A stretch of 64,000 nt of DNA, taken from NCBI RefSeq assembly GCF_001194135.2, contig NC_068987.1, positions 27,042,997-27,106,996 of the forward strand. Reading direction: 5' to 3'. The stretch is from Octopus bimaculoides. Its lineage: Eukaryota. The notes beneath the pieces were generated by a model. The model was not told the origin of the DNA, did not search any database, and was given only the letters and a program-made list of their open reading frames with translations. Position numbers and translations under genes: made by a program. Shown here in pieces: positions 52,564 through 64,000 of this stretch; positions within the stretch are counted from its first letter, which is position 1; every line of letters begins with the position of its first letter.

Positions 52564-53080
52564 ATTTATTTATATAAGGGCATTACTATACAAGAATGCC
52601 TCACGCTAAGAGGGACTCTAAAGTCAAACTACCATAATAAACATATTTTTACCGAACGCGAGGAAATGCAACTTTCAAAGCTAGCCCCTTAAAAACAGAC
52701 TAAATTATAGACCATGATTTCGTAGTTATTGCAGTATTATGCAACTTCTACTCGTCAGTATAATATGGTCAAGACACAAAGATATATAGGCATACACAAC
52801 CTTCTATGTACTATACTGGATACACGAGGTGTTCGTTTGGTATGTTGATTTTCTGTTTATTTCTATGTGTCTTGATCATATTATACTGACGAGTAGAAGT
52901 TGCATAATACTGCAATAACTACGAAATCATGATCTACAATTTAGTCTGTTTTTAAGGGGCTAGCTTTAAGAGTTGCATTTCCTCGCGTTCGGTAACAATG
53001 TGTTTATTATGGTAGTTTGACCTTAGAGTCCATCTTAGCGCGAGGCATTCTTGTATAGTAATGCTCTTATATAAATAAAT
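52564..53080. mobile_element. Long-TIR foldback element/MITE: 215-bp arms (52564-52778 / 52866-53080), 87-bp spacer
   Basis: Hand alignment shows about 11 mismatches in 215 bp (about 95%). Confidence 0.9.
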
Positions 53081-53199
53081 ATATTTTGGGGAATAAATGG
53101 TGGATTTTTCCCTTATGTGGGGTTTTTTTCACGCTAGCTACTTGATAAATTCTTACAAAAGAATTCATCCTATTATTGAATATATACATATACATACAT

Positions 53200-53232
53200 A
53201 CAGAGAAAGAGAGAGAGAGAAAGAGAGAGAGC

Positions 53233-53286
<54 letters not shown>

Positions 53287-53292
53287 GAGAGA
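53200..53292. repeat. (GA)n microsatellite
   Basis: Direct inspection. Confidence 0.95.
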
Positions 53293-56033
53293 GAATTATG
53301 TAGATATATACACGCATATATATAGATATATTCCTGAGTCCCTCATGGTCACAATTCTTCACTTCATCTAAACCTGCCTCAACACCCATTTAGACACCAA
53401 TCTTCTATCACTCTAAATTTTATTTAAGTATCCTATCATTGTAAGGGTTAGATAAACACAATACGTGGTAGTTAACATATCATTATTTAGCGAAAGACTA
53501 TGTAGTATAATTTACTACATATATTATGAATATATAGCATAGGCTTTTGTACTACAATATATCTATTGCTGACATGATGACTAAATGACTTGAATTGAGC
53601 CGGTAATTCACTCTTGTTGTACACGTAGCAATTTTTCATCTTAAATGGATTTGCAAGCTGAGGACGGTCTATACCTTTACCAGATCTGATTAATTAAGAG
53701 ATGAAGCAATCAGTTTTAGTGTAATGTAATTGTTTAGAGTCAACATCGCTAGTTCAGAACAGTGATCACTGAAGAGAATTGTGTAGATATATATTGATTG
53801 CCTGCGTTTTTCTCATTTTGTCTCAGGTTATTAGGTCGCTCCTGATGAGATATATTGTTCAATGCTGTAATGTTTTAAATGTATCAGATATTTTCCCTTT
53901 TCCTGATGCATTGTTAAATCTGCTGCTTGCAAGTTATATTGATTTCCCAAGTAAAAAAATTATCTCGATATTAAAACGTACTTGATATAATGTTTCTTTT
54001 CGTATCCTGTGTTTATTTCTTGCGCAGTCATAATCTACTTAACAATAATATAGTGTCTGTGAATTAGGTAATATAGCAACTCTTTTTGAAATATCCCGGT
54101 TATTTCGCGGAAAGAGGGTTCAGTACAAAGATATTATTACTGAGATTTGTTCACATGCGTGACAAAAATTTTTGAGAGTATTAAGTTAAAAGACTTTCTC
54201 TTTTTCTAACATCAATGCAATACAACAAATATATAATTAGGCTATTCTAATAATTTCAATGTTATATTATTTTCGTAACACTTAAAATTTCTTTACAATT
54301 CTACTTCTGTGCGGACATTTTTATATTCAGTCAAAACATAAGTTTTATTTCACGACAGTATTGAAGCCCGAGAGCTATTGAATCCAGGAATAGTCTGAAA
54401 TAACAATTCTGAACAATTGAATTAACTTTCTCATGATCGAATCTTTTACACACGCCTGGGGCGATATACATAAATATCACACAAAATGTAAAGCTACAAA
54501 GTGCTGTTAAACAAATTTTCCTATTTCTACTCAGTTACTATGTCTCCGAACAATTTTATATTTTAGTTTACATCACATGCGCAAGATATATTTGAATGAA
54601 TGATTAAATACCGACCGGCAACTACATTCGCTTTGCTCTAGAATATCATAACTCATGGATGACATGAGAAATGATCCGAATTTCATAAAGTGTAAAATAT
54701 AAATTCCCAATGTTACAATCATCGATTTCTCTGTCATTCCTACACCATAAACCATGTGTATCTTAATTATATTTACACAGTCCACAATGTTGGGTTATAC
54801 TTGATACAAGGAGCTTTGAGGTCAAATGCGCTGAACACATATTTACAATAATTATCATCTGTACATTAAATAGAATTTTGCAATAACAACCTGGTAAATG
54901 TAATTGTATAATGGATGTATCTACTTCTATATTGTTCAGTGTGTATATATTGAAGTGGTAGATGATTCCTTTCGTGAATCGTTAAGCAATACAAATGTAA
55001 ATTTGTTTCCCCAGGGGTGTGTACAAATATCAGATGGCTATATTAGCTAGATATTGGATCGTCATTATGCAATAATACATTTATTAATATAGTTAGCAAT
55101 TGTTTACTGTCAGGCTACAAATGTTAATTCATTGCAGAAAAGAGAAAATAGTATATTGTTTATTTTGTTTGCCAATTCTAAGGGAATTGTAGTTAACATA
55201 AAATTCTAGTCCTTCTGTGCTTAGACTTATTCAGTTGTAGAGTTATTGTATTCCTCTAGGTCGAGTCTACGGCATAAGTTCGATTCTAATACGTTTATTT
55301 TCTCTAAAGCGACGAGAGAATCCTCTATGTAGTCATCGGAGATACTAGAAAGAGTAGGCAAATCACTATATCTATTCTAATCTCTTAAAAATAAACATAA
55401 TCTGAATGTGTGATCTCATATGAATTATGTGTGAAAACAAAACGAGCAGAATAGTCATGGATATAATATATTTAAGTATATTTCATCATACTTGATTTGT
55501 GACTTCACACAAAATATGCTGAGACATTATACTTAATTCTCTTTCCCCAGTTCTAGGCTATTTTCTCTATCTGCGAAGCTTATTGAACCTTCTTTCAATT
55601 TATTACATCATTTCCCAATATTTCAGTATTTCGGTGATACCATTGTTTGTCTGCCATCAATACAATTACTTATCATTTTAATGAATAATTACCTCAAGTT
55701 GGTATAGCATATCATCATGTTAAATTGGTTTTCTTTCCTACTTTGCATTTGTTTTATTTATTGCGACTGACAACAATACATCTAATGATAAGAATTTTAA
55801 GTTTAGTGATAAAATTTGTTGTGTTGAAGTAAATAACGTCACTTAATTCGTCTTAATATAATTAAATACTTTCACGTAATTTCTGAATTGTAGCAGCAAA
55901 CTTAAGCATACTGTATACTATAAGTTATATGAATATTGTTTTCTATTCATATCATTTAAGATAATAATAAGATTATTAAAAAAGAAAATAAACTGTGTGA
56001 AATTATATGAGACTTTTAAAAATCATACGTGTA

Positions 56034-56190
56034 TAGGCGCAGGAGTGGCTGTGTGGTAAGCAGCTTGCTTACCAGCCACATGGTTCCAGATTCAGTCCCA
56101 CTGCGTGACACCTTGGGCAGATGCCTTCTACTATAGCCTCGGTCCGACCAAAGCCTTGTCAGTGGATTTGGTAGACGAAAACTGAAAGAA
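56034..56190 (+). mobile_element. CORE-like tRNA SINE, 5' part
   Basis: ggcgcaggagtggctgtgtggtaag...caccttgggcag. Confidence 0.9.
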
Positions 56191-56199
56191 TTATGGAGA

Positions 56200-56620
56200 A
56201 CATATATTGCTTCTTGAGTCTGGCTGAAAGAGTAACGCTAATAACACTTGCAGACCCTCCGAAACAGTTGAGATTGATGTTCCGTTTAAACTTTGCAGGA
56301 AAGATTAGGTGGGAGAACATTCCATTAGGAACGATCTAGGAAAGAAAGACTGACATAAGTGTTTAGTGGACCGGAAGAGAGGGACTGAACATAACATTGT
56401 CACCCGAAGGTGGAGATACGATGAGTCCTGGATGTCTGAATGGCAGAGGTACAAGATTAGGTAGTTCCGCGTTTCAGAGACCATTAAAATAGCAATAAAA
56501 AATGGTAGAGAAATGAGACAAAGTGCTTGTGGAGCAAAAGCTAAAATTGGTTAGAATGTCGTAGTACGTCGCTGTTGGGGTTGAAATACCTTCTAAACTT
56601 GAAGAAAAGGACTTGATTTG
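56200..56620 (-). mobile_element. CR1/L2-like LINE 3' end
   Basis: - strand: FYCYFNGL..ELPNLVPLPFRHPGL..RSTKHLCQSFFPRS..WN..P..IFPAKFKRNIN (frameshifted). Confidence 0.65.
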
Positions 56621-57587
56621 CTATAATATATATGAAGTTTATCATATGACTCTTGGCCAATGTATAAAACTGACTCATATTGATAATCGTAGTAATAGAG
56701 CCACTGATGCATCAGATGATATTCTAGATCCGTTCTCAATGTATATCTTACTTTCATGTCGATATATTAACTGATCTTTCGTAAATACCCTCACTAAGGG
56801 GTGTTTGGGGATGAGATTGTAGATACTGGTGACGCTAAGCATAGAAGAAATGGAATGAAATTTCAATAATTACTCACTTTTAGACTCCGTGTCTTCAAAC
56901 ATCGAAGTGAGAACTCAGAACTCAGGCAAAAGTATTATATTTCGTTTTCAAGAGATTTCATCAAATGAAAACTTACGTTCAGACAAATAGCTATGAATAG
57001 GAAGGCGCGTGTGTAAAATGTATGTTGCATACACAATGTAGGTAATTAATTTTCGGATATACGACTTATATCAAACGAAATTTTACACGAAATAATTTTC
57101 GGTTCCTAAAAAAATTCTCCGAAAAATTCGTAGATTTCTATTTAGTTTATTATTAAATCTCAATTATATAAATGTACACAATACCATAATGTAATTGGTT
57201 TCATTTTCTATTTGCAAAGAATTTATCATATTTATTTTTCCCATCTATTGGCTTAAAGTTTAAAGGTAATTTAAAATTTCTGCTTCTATGAAAGTAATAG
57301 TGCAGTTTATTAATAAGTCCAAAATTTAAAAATATAACGTCATTATTATATTATGATATATATATACATATGTCTGTGTTTGTGTGTGTTTGAGTGTGAG
57401 TGTATGTGAGATTGCGTGTTTGTCTGCATGTATAAATACATATATGCGAGCGTACATATATGAATATATACCTACAATATGTACTGTCCCATCCATGTGT
57501 GAGTACACATATATTTCTATGTGAACATATACATTATGGATGTATACACATATTTCCCTATATGTATACACACACGCATACACGCAT

Positions 57588-57634
<47 letters not shown>

Positions 57635-58265
57635 TTTAGTACACATTCATATATTGTTGACGTTGTGTATGTATATATGCAAGTGTGTATGGGCAAAACA
57701 TCTTTTATACCTCTATTCAGTTCATGATTATATTTCTATTTCAATTTATTTTGATTTTGTTATGGGTTCCTTAGCAAATTCTAGAATCCGTTATCAACAT
57801 TTCTCATCCTATATACTCTCATCTTTGTGAACAGTGGTGCTGTTGCCAGTGGCTGCTTATCTTTATAATAAACAAGTGCTAACATTTTAAAAACTTATTC
57901 ATTACAGACAAAAGAAAAATTGTGCAAATGTTAAAAAGGGGGAACTATTTATACATGAAAAGACCTAGGATATATCTTCCTTCATCTTCGTTTATTTTTT
58001 CTCATTCATTGGACTGCTGTCATGTTAATGCATTGCTTTGAAGTGATTAGTCGAATATTAACACCAGTACGTACGTTTTATTTTTAATCCTGGTGCTTAT
58101 TCTACCGGCCTCTTAAGTCGAGTAACTTTACTATGGAAACGTAAAAAAACAGCTATGGTTGGCAAGTGGTGATAGATAACAAACACACTTTATAACGTCG
58201 AAACCACATAAAACATTCTAACACCACCCAAGTTCATTGAAAATGTCTGACAAATCATTCTTTAC

Positions 58266-58343
58266 ATATGCATATTATAATGATCTGGCACTGGAACATG
58301 TAGGCCCAGCCTCGTGTCAAGCCTGCTGTATTCACCGCCCAGC
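58266..58343 (-). CDS. Candidate exon (WGGEYSRLDTRLGLHVPVPDHYNMH)
   Basis: ttgtgtattgtttAG acceptor, GTAAAG donor, 78 nt, GC-richer than flanks, open in phase 2 to 2. Confidence 0.35.
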
Positions 58344-58429
58344 TAAACAATACACAAACCCTGCACATAATTGCACACCAGAATAAACACGAAAATAGTA
58401 ACAGAAGCAAAAACTAGAACTCAAATCAA

Positions 58430-58830
58430 AGTATAACTAATGAAGTTTACTAAGAGATGCAGAACAAAATGTAGTGCGCATTTCGATTACAACAGTTTAA
58501 TAGATATTTGGTTAATTGATCCATTATGTGTGTTTGATTCCAGAATCGTAAAGAAAGAAGACGAAAAGCAAAAGAATAAAGCCCTTAAAATTTGACATTG
58601 TACGAATTTGGAATATGAAAACTCTGCCTATAAAAATTGGTGCCTTGGGAACTGTAAGCAAACATATAGACAAATAGTTAAAGCAGATTGGAATAAAATG
58701 TCTTTGCAAAGCTTCTACTGAAAGTTTGCTTATTAGGGGTAGAAAGATTATTTGGAGGATCTTAGGCACTCGAAAGACTTTTGAAAGATTCAGGATACCT
58801 AAGGTTACAAGTATTAACCTGTTACCCTCA
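58430..58830 (+). mobile_element. Second RLE-type LINE 3' fragment
   Basis: DPLCVFDSRIVKKEDEK / PLKFDIVRIWNMKTLPIKIGALGTVSKHIDK; C-terminus like 4777-6170. Confidence 0.75.
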
Positions 58831-58869
58831 TAAATTCTACCAGGAATAAGTACAAACCTGAGTCATATA

Positions 58870-59630
<761 letters not shown>

Positions 59631-59699
59631 GCCTTAGTAATAATAATGATAATGATAACGTGTATGTATATATATATGTGTATGGTGTATATATATATA

Positions 59700-59856
59700 G
59701 GCGCAGGAGTGGCTGTGTGGTAAGTAGCTTGCTTACCAACCACATGGTTCCGGGTTCAGTCCCACTGCGTGGCACCTTGGGCAAGTGTCTTCTACTATAG
59801 CCTCGGGCCGACCAAAGCCTTGTGAGTGGATTTGGTAGACGGAAACTGAAAGAAGC
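59700..59856 (+). mobile_element. CORE-like tRNA SINE, near-pristine 5' part (truncated by gap)
   Basis: A-box-like tggctgtgtgg, B-box-like ggttcagtccc, CORE-like caccttgggcaagtg. Confidence 0.92.
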
Positions 59857-60309
59857 NNNNNNNNNNNNNNNNNNNNNNNNNNNNNNNNNNNNNNNNNNNN
59901 NNNNNNNNNNNNNNNNNNNNNNNNNNNNNNNNNNNNNNNNNNNNNNNNNNNNNNNNNNNNNNNNNNNNNNNNNNNNNNNNNNNNNNNNNNNNNNNNNNNN
60001 NNNNNNNNNNNNNNNNNNNNNNNNNNNNNNNNNNNNNNNNNNNNNNNNNNNNNNNNNNNNNNNNNNNNNNNNNNNNNNNNNNNNNNNNNNNNNNNNNNNN
60101 NNNNNNNNNNNNNNNNNNNNNNNNNNNNNNNNNNNNNNNNNNNNNNNNNNNNNNNNNNNNNNNNNNNNNNNNNNNNNNNNNNNNNNNNNNNNNNNNNNNN
60201 NNNNNNNNNNNNNNNNNNNNNNNNNNNNNNNNNNNNNNNNNNNNNNNNNNNNNNNNNNNNNNNNNNNNNNNNNNNNNNNNNNNNNNNNNNNNNNNNNNNN
60301 NNNNNNNNN

Positions 60310-60363
<54 letters not shown>

Positions 60364-61247
60364 TGTATATGCATATGTATAAAGTTATGAGTGTAGGTTT
60401 ATATATACATACATATATATGTTCATATATAATGTGTGTCTGTATATACATAGAGATATATATGTATGTATGTACGTATGTATGTATGTATTAGTATATA
60501 TATATGCACTAACATAATCATTTATATTTTCAATAACAAAAAGTTTATTATAAATATGATATAGAACTTACAAATTACTGTTCATACAATTTTAAACATA
60601 ATTTAATAAGTTAAATATTTGACTTATTAAATATATGTTCTATTTAATAAGAAAAGAATATATTCGTCATGTCATTAATTTTTCTGACTGCGTAATTCCA
60701 ACCTCCAACGAAACGAAAACCATAATTTTTTCAAATCATTTGAATATGTTTTCAAAATAGTCGTTTATATCATATATTAGTCTGGAAAATATATAAGTCA
60801 ATAAATTAATATATTTACAGACGTTCCACAACTATATCAATTGGATTTTCTGGAAACATAATCTATTTAAAATTTGTGTAACTCATGGAATTTCACTCAG
60901 AATAAACTTTCTCTTTAACAATAATTGTATAGAAAAGTTATTCAGTGTAGGATATGAATTCTTAGTTATCTGTGCATATCGTGGTTACATCATATTACCT
61001 ATTATGTTTGCTTGGTTTATTAATAGATGAATGATATATAATGGAGATCTAACAAAATAGGTTGTGTGTGGTTGTCTGTGTGTTTGTGCTGTGCTTACGT
61101 AAGAACGCCTCTCTATAACTTTGGTTTTGTTTAATTTATGACACGCTTACTGTTTAACGAATCTTCCCAATGAGTTAAATGGGATGTTCTTCTGAAAATA
61201 TACATCGCATTGCATTGTACGTCATATATTGTAGTTTGGGCTCTTAC

Positions 61248-61385
61248 AAACATCCAGTCAGAGGCTGTATCATTTTTATCATTTCATTCTCATACAGGTA
61301 CAGGCGAACGGCTAGAACTGGCAGCCAAATCTCTAGTAATTCACATAAGCACATATTTGATGGTCCGTCCTTAAATAAACTTGAA
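61248..61385 (-). CDS. Candidate exon (SSLFKDGPSNMCLCELLEIWLPVLAVRLYLYENEMIKMIQPLTGC)
   Basis: catttttgttgtttAG acceptor, GTAAGA donor, 138 nt open, phase 2 to 2. A competing + strand exon-like segment overlaps. Confidence 0.3.
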
Positions 61386-61677
61386 CTAAACAACAAAAAT
61401 GACGACCTATACACACAGTAAATTTTATATATATTAATAATGTCACGAATCTTTCCTATTTAGGCATAATAAAATCTAAGGTCCAAAAATTAAATCCCTT
61501 GGCAACAAGCTATAGATTGATTTCCTTTCGCTTTCACGAAAGTAATTGCTCTCCATATAATTCATATGTAAATAATTACTTTAACATACCAATGAGTCCT
61601 CCAGCAATTTGGGCCATAGAAACGTTACGGCAACGGTTATAATCTACCTTGCATATGTTATCTGTAATATTTTGCAT

Positions 61678-61733
61678 TCTTTCGCTGATCTAAATAAATA
61701 CCAGATCTTTCGCTGATCTAAATAAATACCAGA
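61678..61733. repeat. Perfect 28-bp tandem duplication TCTTTCGCTGATCTAAATAAATACCAGA
   Basis: Direct inspection. Confidence 0.95.
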
Positions 61734-61839
61734 TATATATGCTAGACGTTAATTGCCAAGGAGTATGATTTGGGAGCATGTATCATGCTCTTGTTATTTG
61801 TTTTGGGTGCTCATTCAGTGACAATGAGCCATAGACAAC

Positions 61840-61925
61840 CTTATGTTTTGCCAATCGCGCAATACTTCGTGTTGAACATCCAGGATGTGCGTGCAGGAGG
61901 CAGAGACGACTACACCGTCAGTAGG
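61840..61925 (-). CDS. Candidate exon (PTDGVVVSASCTHILDVQHEVLRDWQNI)
   Basis: gagttttAG acceptor, weak GTTGTC donor, GC-rich island, phase 0 to 2. The + strand frame is also open. Confidence 0.2.
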
Positions 61926-62287
61926 CTAAAACTCAATTTAGCTTAGTTGACTGGAGTAACGTGACATAAATGTTTGCTCACCAATAAAATGTACAACTTG
62001 GCTCAGTAATCGTGAGTGCATCATAATCGTGAGTAAATGTTCATTCCTTATCGACTTGGTGCGATGTAATCCATTTGACTAATAACAAAACTATGTCTTT
62101 AGTGTGTTAAATTGATTACGTCAAGTCCAGTACACATCATATGCATTGTGTTCGATTCCGTCGATGAGACCCTCAATAAAAAATGTAGTATTGTCACCTG
62201 TATTAGATATTTGTTAGTCGTAACACTATCAACAATACATTTAAATTTTATAAAAAGAGGTTATCCTCCTTCAAAGAAAAAAAAATG

Positions 62288-62449
62288 CGCAGTCGTAGTT
62301 GTGTGGTAAATAGGTTGCTTCCCAACTATATGGTTCCGAGCTCAGTCCTACCGCATGGCATCTTGGACAAGCGTTTTCTGGTATAGCCTCGGGCCGACCA
62401 GAGCCTTGTGAGTGGATTTGGCAGCCAGAAACTGAGAGANNNNNNNNNN

Positions 62450-62488
<39 letters not shown>

Positions 62489-62838
62489 CGCACATGTCAG
62501 CCGACGTTGGTGTGTTTACGTCCCCGTAACATAGTGGTTCGGCAAAAGCCACCAATAGAAAAAATACTAGACTTACAAAGAGTAAATCATGGGGTCGATT
62601 TGTTCGACCAAAGGAGGTGCTCCAGCATGGCCGCAGTTCAGTTACTGAAACAAGTAAAATAATAAAACAATACGTGCAGGAGTAGCTGTATGAAATAAAG
62701 AAGCTCGATTCGCTACCACATGGTTTCAGGTTCAGTCCCACTTCGTGATATCTTGGGCAAGTTTATTCTACTGTATCCTCTGACCGGCCACAATTTTGTG
62801 AGTGGATTTGGGTGACAAAAACTGAAAGAAGCCTATCG

Positions 62839-62840
<2 letters not shown>
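62288..62840 (+). mobile_element. Two CORE-like SINE copies (62288-62660 with microsatellite/gap inside; 62678-62840)
   Basis: Family head and tail motifs. Confidence 0.85.
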
Positions 62841-62869
<29 letters not shown>

Positions 62870-63333
62870 AACAATAAGCAACACGGATTTCAAAAGTGAT
62901 TGCAGTACGCACGTTTCATGCTACTTCAATTTATTTAAGTAATGTGATCATTACCTTAAATGCAATATGAAGAGCAATCTTCAGATGCACGAAAAAATGC
63001 AGAAAAAAAGACATATTACAAATGTGGCAACATATTAAAACCAAGTGGGAGAGAGCATATGCTCTCTCCCANNNNNNNNNNNNNNNNNNNNNNNNNNNNN
63101 NNNNNNNNNNNNNNNNNNNNNNNNNNNNNNNNNNNNNNNNNNNNNNNNNNNNNNNNNNNNNNNNNNNNNNNNNNNNNNNNNNNNNNNNNNNNNNNNNNNN
63201 NNNNNNNNNNNNNNNNNNNNNNNNNNNNNNNNNNNNNNNNNNNNNNNNNNNNNNNNNNNNNNNNNNNNNNNNNNNNNNNNNNNNNNNNNNNNNNNNNNNN
63301 NNNNNNNNNNNNNNNNNNNTATATATATATGTA

Positions 63334-63376
<43 letters not shown>

Positions 63377-64000
63377 GAGACCAATAGATTGAGCAACAGG
63401 TTTCAAAAAATAAAAACTACTAGGGTCGATTTTTTTGACTAAAATTCGTCAAGGCGGTGCCCCAGTATGGCCCTAGTCTAACAACAGAAGCAATTAAAAG
63501 AATACAAGAATTAAAGAACAGTGTAAAGTAGGTGGGGAACTCTTAGAATAAAACAGCTGTTATCTGGAAATCGGAAGATAAACTAATTCTACAACGTTTT
63601 ATATCGTCGGTGGATTGTGTGAAAAGTGAGCTTTCTAAATAATGAAGATGACAATACACGATGACCTTTTGCCACAAGGGTGGATTTGAGGTGTTATATT
63701 AGATTCATTTGACAAATTCTTCATCCATCTCTGTCACACACAAACATACAAAAATACGCGCACACCCCAACAAACATTCGTATATACATGCGCACAAACA
63801 CGCACCCACATACTTACGCACACACACACACTTACACACGCACACATACACACAACTTTTATCAGTTTCTAAATATCAAGTGCATTCATATAAACGTAAA
63901 CTCACCCGCGTTCACTAATTCATAGACGCATCACGCACTCGTACACACATCACACACATACATTATAGAAATTAACGGGTATACTACGTCCACCTATATA

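Noticed and set aside
58540-58652. Apparent + strand exon with good AG/GT signals
   Set aside because: The translation is the C-terminus of an RLE LINE (IKIGALGT); the splice signals are coincidental.

Overview
AT-rich eukaryotic scaffold with many N-gaps. The SINE families, the (TA)n/(CA)n load and the transposon mix point to an octopus (Octopoda) genome; this is inferred from repeat content only. The window is mostly intronic or intergenic, and no host protein can be named. Well-supported content: (1) about 25 tRNA-derived SINE copies or fragments from at least four families; (2) four decayed IS630-Tc1-mariner elements (Tc1 at 22143-23613 and about 46795-48175, mariner at about 38197-39300, and a DD41D-like element at about 13272-14230 split by a SINE); (3) a pogo/Tigger-type MITE; (4) LINE relics (RLE R4/Dong-like, Tx1/L1-like, CR1/L2-like); (5) Penelope-like fragments; (6) a short solo LTR; (7) several long inverted repeats. 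Tentative content: a phase-consistent 6-exon + strand gene model (163-17835) followed by a perfect RFX X-box, and a phase-consistent 3-exon - strand chain (58266-61925). The most notable observation is a tRNA-headed SINE (48190-48434, - strand) whose body folds as a Penelope-type minimal hammerhead ribozyme. It is a candidate self-cleaving, PLE-mobilised SINE. Nearly all long ORFs in the supplied track are artefacts of N-gaps or microsatellites.
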